Source: a virus (Duplodnaviria; Caudoviricetes). From it: a stretch of 64,000 nt of DNA. The stretch spans positions 1,249 through 65,248 of IMG/VR virus record IMGVR_UViG_3300036770_006429. The stretch is one strand, 5' to 3'. The position numbers and the translations under genes were made by a program. The notes beneath the pieces are model-generated. The model searched no databases. It worked only from the letters and a program-made list of their open reading frames with translations, and was not told the origin of the DNA. This document shows positions 46,156 to 56,829 of this stretch, one piece after another (position 1 is the first letter of the stretch; the number at the start of each line of letters is the position of its first letter).

Positions 46156-46697
46156 CGCAATTCATTTTTAAAATAGCCAAAATCAAAAGAAGGGTTTAAA
46201 TCCGTGTGTGAAGCACTAAAATTGCTTCTTGTTATAATTCCCCTAAAGTATTCAATATCTTTTGTTTTGGTGTTATGTCCTATAAATATCTTTGGAATAT
46301 CGTTTTGTTCACATAACTCTGAACACAAGCCAACTAATTTTTCCATTTGAATGTCTGTGTATGGGTCCCAATAGCTAAAACCTCGCCAAGTTCTCATGAA
46401 TGGTTCGAGTTTTGGTTCTTCTCCCTTCCAGTTTAAGAACGTATCACCATCCTCTTTTAGATAACCAAGATTTTCAAGAACAATCGAAATAAAATTTTTG
46501 TGTACACCAGAGCTCTTGAATATGTTTGTTTTTTGATTAACATCCAACAATTTCTCGATATTTCCCATTTTATCTATGAAATAATGGGGCTTCTTATCGT
46601 ATTTTGAATTAAACCTAAAAGAAAGGGAAGCCAAGTAACCATTGGCCTCCCTATATGTGTGCGATAAAATAATGTGATTGAAATTTTCCTTCATCAT
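46152..46697 (-). CDS. N-acetylmuramoyl-L-alanine amidase (Amidase_2-like endolysin)
   Basis: IILSHT, PHYFIDKMG, ISIVLEN, YTDIQ..L..L, DLNPSFDF. Confidence 0.75.
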   Translation of the reverse strand: MMKENFNHIILSHTYREANGYLASLSFRFNSKYDKKPHYFIDKMGNIEKLLDVNQKTNIFKSSGVHKNFISIVLENLGYLKEDGDTFLNWKGEEPKLEPFMRTWRGFSYWDPYTDIQMEKLVGLCSELCEQNDIPKIFIGHNTKTKDIEYFRGIITRSNFSASHTDLNPSFDFGYFKNELR

Positions 46698-47440
46698 TTT
46701 GTGTAGTGTAACCTATTTGGTTTTGCCTCCTTTACTTCTTCTTGCGGTTGTTCAACCTCCTCTTGTTTTACTTCCTCTACGATAGGTTCTTCTTCAATAA
46801 TTTCAGAAACTTCTGCTTCATTCTTTTCCAGTATTTCCTCCAAATCTTCTTGAGTTATCACGTAATCTTCTTCTTTATGTTCCTCTTCATTCGGAATAAC
46901 TGCTTCATATTCACTATCAGTAGTTTCCACTATCTCGTTAATTGGTTCAATCGGATTTTCTTGAAAAATCTCCTTTTTATCCTTATCATCATGACCCATC
47001 TCTTCTATTTTCATCAACAAGTGCATGAAAAATAATGATATTGCCGGAAGAAACCCACCTTCCAGAACAGCTAGTAGTCGCTTATGGGCTGACATATCCG
47101 TTGGCTCAACACCCATCATATAAAATAGTGGTGAAGTTAACTCAACCCAGTCTTTGAACAATTCACCATCAACATCAATAAATTGAAAATTATAAAATAC
47201 ATTCCCAATGAATTGAATGATGGTTACCAAAATCAATGGAGGATATAAGAAACGCCCAAGTTTAATTGAAAACCCAGCCAATGCAGATAATGCCGCAATT
47301 TCCACACCAACGGACAAATATGTTGCCCACTTAATGGGGTTTGCAATACCATACCAAGTCGTGACGTGGCTAATGGAAACAAACGCAACCGCAATAATAG
47401 GAACCAAAAACGCAACAAATACTAATCTTCTAATATTCAT
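46694..47440 (-). CDS. Multi-TM membrane protein with acidic tail
   Basis: About four TM helices; Glu-rich C-terminus. Confidence 0.7.
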   Translation of the reverse strand: MNIRRLVFVAFLVPIIAVAFVSISHVTTWYGIANPIKWATYLSVGVEIAALSALAGFSIKLGRFLYPPLILVTIIQFIGNVFYNFQFIDVDGELFKDWVELTSPLFYMMGVEPTDMSAHKRLLAVLEGGFLPAISLFFMHLLMKIEEMGHDDKDKKEIFQENPIEPINEIVETTDSEYEAVIPNEEEHKEEDYVITQEDLEEILEKNEAEVSEIIEEEPIVEEVKQEEVEQPQEEVKEAKPNRLHYTK

Positions 47441-47724
47441 TATCTCAATTTTTCTAATTCAGTATCAATTTCCGTTTGACGCTGAACATCTAACATTTTT
47501 CTGTCTGTGGATTGAATAAACCTCTTTTCTGTCTCCAAACTCATAATTTTGAGCTTCTTATCCAATTCTTGTTTTGTGTAAGTAGAATCTTTTATTGCTG
47601 AAATGTGCTTTTCAATCTTCTGAATGCTCCTTGCTCTGGAACAATCATTCATAAATATGAAAAACATAAACACACACAAAATGACAAAAAAGTTTTTTTC
47701 CAAAAATTTTTTAAGACTTTCCAT
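47440..47724 (-). CDS. Membrane-anchored/lipoprotein-like coiled-coil protein
   Basis: Hydrophobic N-terminus ending MNDC. Confidence 0.6.
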   Translation of the reverse strand: MESLKKFLEKNFFVILCVFMFFIFMNDCSRARSIQKIEKHISAIKDSTYTKQELDKKLKIMSLETEKRFIQSTDRKMLDVQRQTEIDTELEKLR

Positions 47725-47733
47725 AATATAATT

Positions 47734-48486
47734 TTAAATGTAATTAAATAAAGGTAAAATATTGTTTCGCAACTTTCTAATGGCGATTTCTTTTATCTGC
47801 CTCACCCTTTCTTTTGTTAAATCCATTTTTTCTCCAATCTCTTCCAAATTTAAGGGTTCACAATCGATGCCAAAATAATTAATAATTATTTCTTTTTCTC
47901 TTTCATCCAAAAGGTGCAAGGCGTTTATGAGCTCCCTTTTTAATTTCGCCGAGTCGCCATCACCCAAATCCATCTCAAAAATAAATATATCATTTGATGT
48001 TATTTCATCTTGAACATGGAGTGGGAGTTCAACTTTCTGGCGCATAATGTTCTTATCAGACAAATTATTATTTTGTTTTTTGTCATAGATAATATTTACC
48101 GGAAGCCTCACCGTTCTTGAATTTTCATTCAATAATTGAAGCACGGATTGCATTATCCACCATTTGCCGTAAGATATAAATCTCACATTTTTCTTCCAGT
48201 CAAAATTATCAAATGCTTTAAGAAGCCCGTAATTGCCCTCAGATATCAAATCCTCCATGTCTATGCCCAAGTTCTGGTATTTCTTACATATCATCAATAC
48301 AAACTTCAAATTCCCAACTATCATCTCTTTCTTCAGCTCTTCCACCTCTTTTTCCGATAATTTGCCTGATAACACCAGTTTTCCTATCTCTTTTTCTCTT
48401 TCTGGCGTCATCACGGCGTAATTCTTAATCTCATCCAAGTAAATGGAAGACCCAAAACATTCTATGTATTTCTTATTTCCAACCAT
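47734..48486 (-). CDS. RNA polymerase sigma70-family factor
   Basis: NLKFV, DLISEGNYGLLKA, RFISY..WWI, SRTVRLP, LEEIG..MDLTKERVRQIKE. Confidence 0.92.
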   Translation of the reverse strand: MVGNKKYIECFGSSIYLDEIKNYAVMTPEREKEIGKLVLSGKLSEKEVEELKKEMIVGNLKFVLMICKKYQNLGIDMEDLISEGNYGLLKAFDNFDWKKNVRFISYGKWWIMQSVLQLLNENSRTVRLPVNIIYDKKQNNNLSDKNIMRQKVELPLHVQDEITSNDIFIFEMDLGDGDSAKLKRELINALHLLDEREKEIIINYFGIDCEPLNLEEIGEKMDLTKERVRQIKEIAIRKLRNNILPLFNYI

Positions 48487-48488
48487 AG

Positions 48489-50816
48489 TTATTTAATAAT
48501 TCTTGAAACGTTATCTGTTTTTTCAATTTGTAGAACGTGATCCGCCCAGTTATTTAATATTGGATTAAACGATATAAGGAATATCTTATCAAAATATGTT
48601 GTTAATTTCTTAAGAAAAATAACCACATATTCAAGCGATTCTATTGCAACCTTTCCGAAAGTTTCATCTGCCACCCATATATTTGGCTTTGGTAGTGAAC
48701 ACACTTTGCTCAACACAGCTCTTAGTGCCATGCTTGCTATGGTGCGTTCAAATCCAGAACCCGTTGACATAAGTTTTTCAACACCAGTTGTGTTGTCAAT
48801 CATTATAAATTCAACCTCATTCTTATCGTTAATCCTAACATCCAATTTGAAGTTGCAAGAATCTTCCAACAGTATTTCCAGTTCACGATTAATATATGGC
48901 AACATGGTTCGCATAATAAGTTTTGATATACCATTTTTACCGAATATTTCAAGATAAAGTTTATAAATCCTTTCCTTTTCAAACTCTTCGTCAATCTTGG
49001 CTATCTTTGTTTTGTTGTCATCAATCTTTTCGTTAAAGTTGCTTATGTTGTTCTCATTCAAATGTATTTTTTTAGTCAAAACATTTTTATTCGTTGCAAG
49101 CTCATCAAGACGCATTCTTGCCTTCATCAGCTTTTCTTCCAATTGTGCATTTTTATTAATCTTCTCCTGAACGTCGTAGTATTTTTGTAACTTCTGATTT
49201 GCCGTTTCAATCTTCAAATCAATACTCTCAATACTCAAATTGAATTTAGCCTCAATCAGTTTATTTCGTTCATACAAATCAAATTCTTTCTTTGTATCAG
49301 TGAAAGTCTTCTCCAACAATTTTTGTTGGTTTAATTCATTCAAAATAGCCTCATAATCTTTTTTAAAACCATCCAGACTATTGATTTTATTACGTGTAAT
49401 CTCCGCTTCTTTGATGCTCAATCCGCAATGTTCGCATTTTATTCCAGAACTATATTCTTTTATAAGAACCTGAATGTCAGAAATCTTAACGTTTAACTTA
49501 ATCGAAGATTCTTCCAAAGCCTTTATACTGTCTTTTACCTTATCGTGCTCTTCCTCGTTATAAGTGTTTTGTGGCTTTCGCAAATCTATTAATGCAATCT
49601 TACCTTTAATTTCATTTTTCTCATATTTCATCCTTTCGATATCATTCGAAATTTCATCTGGATTCAATCGCATTAAATCAGCATCGATATCATTGTATTT
49701 TTCTGAAAGCAAATTTTCTTTGTATTCCTCGCCAGTGGCAATCCTTTTATCTATCTCATCAATCTCTGATTGAAATGATTCATTACTTTTTTTGAGTTCC
49801 TTTATTTGAAACTCAAAATCAAGTATTTCATTCCCCAACTTTTCTTTATTGTACACATTGGAAAGCATGGTTTTGCCGTAAGCAGAATATATCTCTTTAC
49901 CAAGTTCTTCTTTTTTCTTTAGATGCTCAAAGCCAAGAAATTTGCTGAATATTTGCCCCCTCGCAGTAGGTTTTGATTCAAGCAAATCCTCCAAATTGGA
50001 TGCTGTTGTAACAATGGTCATCAAGAAATCCTCGATTGTGCCAATAGACCGCCGAATAAAGGCTTCTGTCTCCCGCCTTTGCTCTCCACTCTCATTAACC
50101 AAATCACCATTAGGTAAACGTCTGTTAAAGTCAAGAGTGGATGTCACTTTCCAAGAACCCATTTTATATTCCCTTTTAAGGGTTCTTGTTATAATATATT
50201 CAATTCCATCAATCAATACTTCTCCTTGAACAAACACTCTGTCTTCATCCGTAAACGTATTGAAAATTTCTTCGGCTTTGCTCGATTTGGTTGTGGTGTT
50301 GAAAAACAAAAACAACAGCAAGTCAACCGTTAAAATTGTTTTACCACCCGTATTCTGAGGATTAGATTCGACAACCACCAAACCATTATAATCATCGTAA
50401 TTTAATTCTTGATTAGCCCCAAAAGATAAAAAGTTGCTGAATTTTATATTCTTAATATACCACTTTTTAAATGGTGCGACATCTACGCCACTTTGAATAA
50501 CCTTTTCTTCAACAACGTTATCCAATTCTAATATGGCATTATAATCTGGTAATTGTTGCTTTGTCTCCAAAAAACTCTCTATCAATTCTCGCTGAAAGGC
50601 CACATCCCTTATATCTGAAGAAACGTCAAGCACCAAATCATATTCATCCTTTGCCTTTGAACGAGTAAGTATGGTAATGTTATTGGTGTTATATTTCTTC
50701 TTGAAATATTCCTTTACCCTTGCCTTCCTTTCTTTTGAAAAATCTTCTTGATAACCATCCCATATAACCTTTATATGGGGATTTTCATACCTTTCAATTT
50801 CCAATCGCTTATCCAT
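48489..50816 (-). CDS. sbcC: SbcC/Rad50/gp46-like recombination ATPase
   Basis: FSNFLSFG, NTGGKT Walker A, CEHC zinc hook, GSGFE signature, ADETFG Walker B. Confidence 0.88.
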   Translation of the reverse strand: MDKRLEIERYENPHIKVIWDGYQEDFSKERKARVKEYFKKKYNTNNITILTRSKAKDEYDLVLDVSSDIRDVAFQRELIESFLETKQQLPDYNAILELDNVVEEKVIQSGVDVAPFKKWYIKNIKFSNFLSFGANQELNYDDYNGLVVVESNPQNTGGKTILTVDLLLFLFFNTTTKSSKAEEIFNTFTDEDRVFVQGEVLIDGIEYIITRTLKREYKMGSWKVTSTLDFNRRLPNGDLVNESGEQRRETEAFIRRSIGTIEDFLMTIVTTASNLEDLLESKPTARGQIFSKFLGFEHLKKKEELGKEIYSAYGKTMLSNVYNKEKLGNEILDFEFQIKELKKSNESFQSEIDEIDKRIATGEEYKENLLSEKYNDIDADLMRLNPDEISNDIERMKYEKNEIKGKIALIDLRKPQNTYNEEEHDKVKDSIKALEESSIKLNVKISDIQVLIKEYSSGIKCEHCGLSIKEAEITRNKINSLDGFKKDYEAILNELNQQKLLEKTFTDTKKEFDLYERNKLIEAKFNLSIESIDLKIETANQKLQKYYDVQEKINKNAQLEEKLMKARMRLDELATNKNVLTKKIHLNENNISNFNEKIDDNKTKIAKIDEEFEKERIYKLYLEIFGKNGISKLIMRTMLPYINRELEILLEDSCNFKLDVRINDKNEVEFIMIDNTTGVEKLMSTGSGFERTIASMALRAVLSKVCSLPKPNIWVADETFGKVAIESLEYVVIFLKKLTTYFDKIFLISFNPILNNWADHVLQIEKTDNVSRIIK

Positions 50817-50830
50817 AATAAAAAATAAAA

Positions 50831-50860
50831 ATGGCATAACCATAGATATGATTATGCCAT
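50831..50860 (-). terminator. Hairpin/terminator just upstream of the sbcC start
   Basis: ATGGCATAA...TTATGCCAT followed by TTTTATTTTT on the minus strand. Confidence 0.5.
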
Positions 50861-50868
50861 ATGGTTAA

Positions 50869-51210
50869 TTAATTTTTTCCAATCCGTTCCAACATTTCAA
50901 CAAAAGCATTCAAAGCCCATATGCTTCCTGCTGCAAACATGCCATCATAAAACCAATGGATTTGTGGTGGGTAAAAGTGAAAGTAATAGTTTGATGGTGT
51001 GAAGAAAAACTCACCCAAAAAGAATCCCACCCATGTTCCGGTGCAAAGCATACAAGACGTCAATCCTTTGAAAAAAGAACCGAAACTACGAACAAGTACA
51101 TTCTCTTTTTTCGATAAGTCACAAAAAAATGTGCGCATCGGTTCAAAAATGGACCCCCAAACAATGATGGATGTCATACCATACGCGATTAAAACCCAAA
51201 TAAAAATCAT
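50869..51210 (-). CDS. DUF1360-like membrane protein
   Basis: SIFEPMR...LTSCMLCTGTWVG; three TM helices. Confidence 0.7.
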   Translation of the reverse strand: MIFIWVLIAYGMTSIIVWGSIFEPMRTFFCDLSKKENVLVRSFGSFFKGLTSCMLCTGTWVGFFLGEFFFTPSNYYFHFYPPQIHWFYDGMFAAGSIWALNAFVEMLERIGKN

Positions 51211-51212
51211 AT

Positions 51213-51518
51213 CTAATTGTTTTTAAAGTTAGAAATTTCTTTTTTAAGATTGAAATTAGTTTCTTCCAACATTTTTCTTTTATTATTGCAATCATCTAAT
51301 TTCTTTTCCAAATCCATTATTTTGTTCTCCAGATTTTTCAACTCTTCAGGGTCGGTTACTTCAATAACTTTTTCCTGATTGAGTAAACCATAACGTTCAA
51401 TATTAAATCCAATGATATAACATTTTTTGGTAAACTCTAATATGCCTAAACCATTTGCCAAACAAAAAGTTTCCAAATCTATCAATTCTTGCCGATTTAA
51501 TGATAAATCCATATTCAA
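51213..51518 (-). CDS. Hypothetical coiled-coil protein
   Basis: FCLAN...GFNIERYG. Confidence 0.65.
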   Translation of the reverse strand: MNMDLSLNRQELIDLETFCLANGLGILEFTKKCYIIGFNIERYGLLNQEKVIEVTDPEELKNLENKIMDLEKKLDDCNNKRKMLEETNFNLKKEISNFKNN

Positions 51519-52294
51519 TAATTTAACAAAACTTCTGTTTCATTTTCAATATCTTCAATTGACGAAATGGAAAAGCTAATATAAGGCGATGGGTTAAAAA
51601 CATCAACAAATTTATATTCAGATGTTTCGACATTATAAATGCCATATCCATGTTTAGTTATCGTCTCATCGTACTGTTGTTGAATAAGGCTCCCCACCAT
51701 GTATCCTTTTTTGTTATTCGGAATGGTGAATTCCTGTCTCTTATGTATATCGCCGCACAATACCACATCAAGGCCAGAAAATTTTGACATATCAAAACCA
51801 TCTTGAAAATTAAACCCCCTATCCGTTTTTAGTTTTTGAATTTGACCATGAAACAATCCAATATTGTGATTTCCGTTTCGGACAATTTCTGGCGGCAGAT
51901 TATTTTCAACCAAAGAATACACACACCAATTAACGTTTTCATCTACATACCATCCCCTTTCTTTGTATAAAGTTATTCTGGGGTTGTCAAGCATTCCAAG
52001 AGAAACGGAAATAGCATCCATTCTATCAGGGTTGTTTTCCAAGAAATCATGGTTTCCAAGTATCAATACAGTAGGCGCAATATTTGCACATTCTTGCAAA
52101 AACCAAGACATAAAATTTATTTGCTCTGGACTAATCTGATTCTTTGTGTGAAGTAAATCTCCGGTAAAGGCTATCCTATCAACATCAAGACGCGACCATT
52201 CCTTAATCAACCCGCTTAAAATGTTACGATACAAATCGAGCATCTTATAGGTTTTAATGTGAAGGTCACTAAAATGTAATACCTTGTTTATCAT
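51515..52294 (-). CDS. sbcD: SbcD/Mre11/gp47-like nuclease
   Basis: SDLH, GDLLH, GNHD, FHG, GDIH, GSLIQQ..E. Confidence 0.88.
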   Translation of the reverse strand: MINKVLHFSDLHIKTYKMLDLYRNILSGLIKEWSRLDVDRIAFTGDLLHTKNQISPEQINFMSWFLQECANIAPTVLILGNHDFLENNPDRMDAISVSLGMLDNPRITLYKERGWYVDENVNWCVYSLVENNLPPEIVRNGNHNIGLFHGQIQKLKTDRGFNFQDGFDMSKFSGLDVVLCGDIHKRQEFTIPNNKKGYMVGSLIQQQYDETITKHGYGIYNVETSEYKFVDVFNPSPYISFSISSIEDIENETEVLLNY

Positions 52295-53061
52295 TTCTTT
52301 AAAAATTTAAGCATCTTTTCGAAATCATTTCTCAAATCTGCACATTTAAAAATTTTGTATTCTTCATTAAGTTCATTAAACCATACAATATAAGTGTTTC
52401 CAATTTTCAAGTTCGTATTCTTCTCTATAATGTACTTGTATATCGACAACTGCAAAGAATAGGTGTTAAACTCACAAACATCCAAATGGGATATTGGTCT
52501 ATCAAACCTATTGCCATAAGCATTTGAAAATTCTATTGCCTTGTTTGTCTTCCAGTCAAAAATTTGTAATTCATTGTATTTCTTGTTATAGAATAATTGA
52601 TCTACAGTTCCAGATATATTGAAATCTTTATCCCCAACAATTAATTCAGAACGAATCGGAACAAGTGTGTTTTTTGAATCCGCATGAAATTGCTTGAAAA
52701 GGGTAATCATCTTTTCAACATTCTTAAGCATGGAATCACCAAATTGTGCAATTAAATCATCTTCATTATATTCAAATATTCGGTTGTAATACCAATTCTC
52801 GACAAATGAGTGAAGCGTTTTACCTTTTATGCTCGCATAATTTCTTGTATATTCCCATGATTCCAAAACTTCCTCATATACCAAACCACGCTTTGTCGCA
52901 TATTTTTCTGCTTCCTTTTCGCTATCAAATTTAGGTTTGAAATTACCAATAAAGGTTGTTACAGAAGTTTGTGGAATACCATCGTAATGGTATTGATGTG
53001 TAGAATCAATATACTTAATACCATTAAACTTGTTTAATTCATCGAACAACGAATAATCCAT
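52291..53061 (-). CDS. PD-(D/E)xK exonuclease
   Basis: SVTT, GKTLH, SE..V, GTVD, IFDWKT, YSLQLSIY; promoter at 53079-53086. Confidence 0.88.
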   Translation of the reverse strand: MDYSLFDELNKFNGIKYIDSTHQYHYDGIPQTSVTTFIGNFKPKFDSEKEAEKYATKRGLVYEEVLESWEYTRNYASIKGKTLHSFVENWYYNRIFEYNEDDLIAQFGDSMLKNVEKMITLFKQFHADSKNTLVPIRSELIVGDKDFNISGTVDQLFYNKKYNELQIFDWKTNKAIEFSNAYGNRFDRPISHLDVCEFNTYSLQLSIYKYIIEKNTNLKIGNTYIVWFNELNEEYKIFKCADLRNDFEKMLKFLKK

Positions 53062-53092
53062 GTTTATTTTTTAAAGCACAAAGGTAATAAAA

Positions 53093-53986
53093 TTATCTAA
53101 CATTTTCAATATAGTCCATGATATCTCCTCGGAGAGAAGCGACATCGGAATCCTTTGGTAGATGTAATATTTTAACCCTTCCATATAATTTTCCCGCATT
53201 TATAGTATGATAAATTTTTTTGGCCTTCTTCCACATGTCCGCATCATAAGCAATGATAATATCAGATTTCGCGTTTTCGTATAATGTTTTGGTCAAAAGT
53301 GGATACAAATCACAACCTAATGTCACAAGCGCATTACCAGCAAATATGCCATCCAAAACCCCCTCTACAAGAAAAACGGGTTCTTCCCAGTTTATAAGAG
53401 GCTGATTGAAGATAACATTTTCTTTTGGGTTATCGCAGTTTAAATATTTTGGTTTCGCATTTGACCATGTGCGCCCAATAAAATAGTTCAAAACATCATT
53501 TTCGCAATAAGATGGGAAAATTATTCTATTGGCAAACATCCCCTTTGTGGTTAAACCGATATTATATTTTTTAATAACATCATCGGCTATATATCTACTT
53601 CTAAGATATTCGAGTGCCTGTCTATGTGGGGGGTAATTTAAATTAATATCACAAAACTTTATGAAACCTTCAGGAAGCTCTACTTTCTTTACCCTCTTAA
53701 AAATTTGCGTTTTTGAGGGCGGTCTATGAAAAAGATATTCTTTGACCAGCCTTTCATTACCAAAATGCCTAAAAAATTTCAGAATAGAACCTTTGGTTTC
53801 CATGCTATCGTCACAAGACCAACAATGGTAAACATGGTTTTGAAGATTAAATTCCATATTGCCCTTATTTCGACCATAGTCACATAATGGACAGTTAAAG
53901 GCATATTGAAGTTTCTCATCATTGGAACGAATTGGGTCGCCAATGACGTCAATAATCATCTCAAGAATTATTTTGTTTTCATCCAT
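53093..53986 (-). CDS. DNA primase (zinc finger + TOPRIM)
   Basis: CPLC...HCWSC; RIIFP; KYLN; VEGVLD; YDAD. Confidence 0.88.
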   Translation of the reverse strand: MDENKIILEMIIDVIGDPIRSNDEKLQYAFNCPLCDYGRNKGNMEFNLQNHVYHCWSCDDSMETKGSILKFFRHFGNERLVKEYLFHRPPSKTQIFKRVKKVELPEGFIKFCDINLNYPPHRQALEYLRSRYIADDVIKKYNIGLTTKGMFANRIIFPSYCENDVLNYFIGRTWSNAKPKYLNCDNPKENVIFNQPLINWEEPVFLVEGVLDGIFAGNALVTLGCDLYPLLTKTLYENAKSDIIIAYDADMWKKAKKIYHTINAGKLYGRVKILHLPKDSDVASLRGDIMDYIENVR

Positions 53987-54036
53987 GTTTTGTCACTTCT
54001 TTTGATGAAGTACAAAAATAAAAAAACAAATTAAAA

Positions 54037-54633
54037 CTACCAAATTTTTTTCATCTTCATGAATCCGAGAACGGCACAATACGCATCTGACATATCAAAG
54101 CACTCTTTTTTAAGCGTATTGTTTTTGGTGTATAACCAATTGATTTGTGGCTCTCTTTTTGCTACTAAGTCAAATATAACCCGCTTTTTATCGGTGTCCA
54201 TAGGTAATCCCCCAAACAAAACAAATTTTCCTTTATTATTTTCTTGAATCAAATGTGGGAAAGCGTTTTTCCTTGCGTTATATGTTGAAATAAATTCTGG
54301 TACAATCCCCAAATTATCATATACTTCCTTACATATGATGGTATTGAAACGCATTAATGTCCCGACCGTATTGATATTGTTTGAGTTTAACAAAGGCTCC
54401 TCAATAACAACATTTTGCACACCCATATCTTTGTATGTGAGTATCTTTTCTTTGAAAATTGAACCCTTAATTAAGAGTTCCTCAATTTTGTTTTCCGATT
54501 TTTTCTTTGAAATCGGTGATACATGTGTTAGCTCCAATAATTTTCCTGAAGCAATATCAAACAATGCCACACCAATCGTTTTCGTTGATACATCCAACCC
54601 TATTACTTTGGGTGAATCTTTTTCAATTATCAT
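54037..54633 (-). CDS. ruvC: RuvC-like Holliday junction resolvase
   Basis: IGLDVST..IG, IEEP, K, DMSDAY. Confidence 0.8.
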   Translation of the reverse strand: MIIEKDSPKVIGLDVSTKTIGVALFDIASGKLLELTHVSPISKKKSENKIEELLIKGSIFKEKILTYKDMGVQNVVIEEPLLNSNNINTVGTLMRFNTIICKEVYDNLGIVPEFISTYNARKNAFPHLIQENNKGKFVLFGGLPMDTDKKRVIFDLVAKREPQINWLYTKNNTLKKECFDMSDAYCAVLGFMKMKKIW

Positions 54634-54634
54634 A

Positions 54635-56818
54635 TTAAAAATCCATTTTTATTAAAAACTGTTGTATGCCTTGCCTCCTCTGTGGAGATTGCAATTTCGA
54701 TATTATCATAAGCTCTTTATCGGAATTGTAAAGACCAATTTCAGTTACATATGGATTTTTATTCACATCCCAAGTCGGATTTGATGATAATGTGAATTGA
54801 TTATTGTTTAATGTCACCAAATAACGCATTTCATATATGGTTGCGGCAATATCTGTTTCGATATTTCCATAAAAAAAATATTCATCCCCAAAGTTTAGCA
54901 AATCCGATTCATTAGCTTGTGGGATATCCATATAATTTGACAGATTATATGTTGTTGCCGCAGAGTATTTTATCTCATCAATGATAAATGTATTTGAAGT
55001 TAAACCAGATGCTGTTATATGATTATTGATACTACTACCGCTTAGTTCAGAGGTATATTCCAATATCTTCCAATCAGTAGGTAATGGTTTTTCATTAATA
55101 TCCGTTATCTGAAAAATTAAAAATAATTTATTCGCGGAAAAACCCGAAAATGGTGATGTTTTCAAGAAAGGAAATTCATTGCCAAATCGAACCGCAACAT
55201 TTTGTGAAAAACCACTCGCCCCATCCACATAGCTATAATAATTGCAATGTAATGAATTTGTAGAATCCGTTGAATCCAGTCTATATGTTACCCACAATCT
55301 TTGTGATGCACTATCCAATAATCCGGTTGATGAAGTATCAAAACACAAATTAGGCGGAACCATGTTCACCTTTGGTGCTGGCAATGTCCAATTCCTATTT
55401 GATTTGTAAGATAATGCGGCAACGACTTCTTCATCATCAATAACAATTAATTGTTGATCTGGGAATACTTTTCCGATTCTATTTAGATTGTTTGAAGCAT
55501 CCGGATAATTATCCCATAACTGAAAATATCTTATTCCGGGATCATTCATATCATCACTTACTGATGACCTTATATAGTATGGTTCACATAAATCATATCC
55601 TATTGGATCAATAGAAAAAGTCGCACCAACATCTGTTCCATTGGATTTGTGCCACATCAAATTCGGTATGTGCAATTTGAAATGCCTAGCCATCCCAGTT
55701 TCATCTGAAGGGTCATTTGCATCATATGGTATAGTTGCAAATTTTTCACCATATACATTATCAATTGATTGATTTGTATAATGAATTATCGCAATAGATT
55801 TTTGGTGTTTCGGAGGCACAACAATTTTTTCTTTATATGAATTATAATAATACACCTGACCCGTATCAGTACCACCAGATGTGCTGTTATACCCCAATAA
55901 TTCTTTTGTTCCAAGATATGATACAGATCCGTAATCCAAGTAATCCTCGTGAGTTGTAGAAAACACACCAGCAGGTGATTCAGACCAAGGAACATTCATG
56001 TTCCAAATTCTTCCAACATTGTTATTGTATAAATTGCATGTAGATTCAAAATTTATAGCATCGTCGCTCCAATATGGAAATGGTGTTATACTATCATATA
56101 AGACAGTCATTCCAGATGGATATATCAAACACCTTGCATAATCCCCTGTAGTGGTATAAGCTGAATAGTTTGGTGCTCTTCTGTCCAAACCCACAACCCA
56201 AGAAGTTTGACCCGTTGTGCCCACAGAAGGAGTTAAACTTTGTATTTTATAATTTAATAATGGTAAATTGTTTTTTAACTCCCCGCAATTGTTATTTACA
56301 TCAACAAAAATAAACAAATAATCACCCACAGAAGGTGTTCCAGTAGTAGGAGAACAGGTATCAAGAGATATTGTTATTCCGGTCTGACCAGACAATGTAG
56401 ATAAATCAACTCTATAATTTGAAGTTATTGTATATGCCGATGTTGTCTGTGCCGTCCAGCCCGCTGTTGACCCAGTGATGAAAAAACCCTTTGCAGTCGC
56501 AGTATTATATACCTCTTCTGATATAGAATCCATGAATGGGATTCCGTAGGTGTTGCCGCTAATAGCATCAAGATAATAAGGGTATTTAATGTTTTCTTTA
56601 TTAGATTTAGGAATTCCGGTATCATTTTGTGCATTAAATGAAGGCAATAAAATATTATTATTTGTAGGGACAAAATTAGACGAAATTTCGTAAAAAACCT
56701 CACTATCACCTATTTGAAAGTAAGAAATATTAAAGTTACCCTGCGAAATATACTTTCTTCCAACATCAGTAATTCTGGTGTTTAATAAGCCTGATGTATT
56801 TTTTATTATATAACCCAT
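54635..56818 (-). CDS. Baseplate/tail-collar structural protein
   Basis: ITDVGRKYISQG...FQIGDSE N-terminus; YVTEIGLYNSDKELMIISKL C-terminus. Confidence 0.65.
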   Translation of the reverse strand: MGYIIKNTSGLLNTRITDVGRKYISQGNFNISYFQIGDSEVFYEISSNFVPTNNNILLPSFNAQNDTGIPKSNKENIKYPYYLDAISGNTYGIPFMDSISEEVYNTATAKGFFITGSTAGWTAQTTSAYTITSNYRVDLSTLSGQTGITISLDTCSPTTGTPSVGDYLFIFVDVNNNCGELKNNLPLLNYKIQSLTPSVGTTGQTSWVVGLDRRAPNYSAYTTTGDYARCLIYPSGMTVLYDSITPFPYWSDDAINFESTCNLYNNNVGRIWNMNVPWSESPAGVFSTTHEDYLDYGSVSYLGTKELLGYNSTSGGTDTGQVYYYNSYKEKIVVPPKHQKSIAIIHYTNQSIDNVYGEKFATIPYDANDPSDETGMARHFKLHIPNLMWHKSNGTDVGATFSIDPIGYDLCEPYYIRSSVSDDMNDPGIRYFQLWDNYPDASNNLNRIGKVFPDQQLIVIDDEEVVAALSYKSNRNWTLPAPKVNMVPPNLCFDTSSTGLLDSASQRLWVTYRLDSTDSTNSLHCNYYSYVDGASGFSQNVAVRFGNEFPFLKTSPFSGFSANKLFLIFQITDINEKPLPTDWKILEYTSELSGSSINNHITASGLTSNTFIIDEIKYSAATTYNLSNYMDIPQANESDLLNFGDEYFFYGNIETDIAATIYEMRYLVTLNNNQFTLSSNPTWDVNKNPYVTEIGLYNSDKELMIISKLQSPQRRQGIQQFLIKMDF

Positions 56819-56829
56819 ATCATATTTTT

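Noticed and set aside
52291-53061. Cas4 as part of a CRISPR system
   Set aside because: No Fe-S cysteine cluster, no cas genes or array; it sits in a replication/recombination operon
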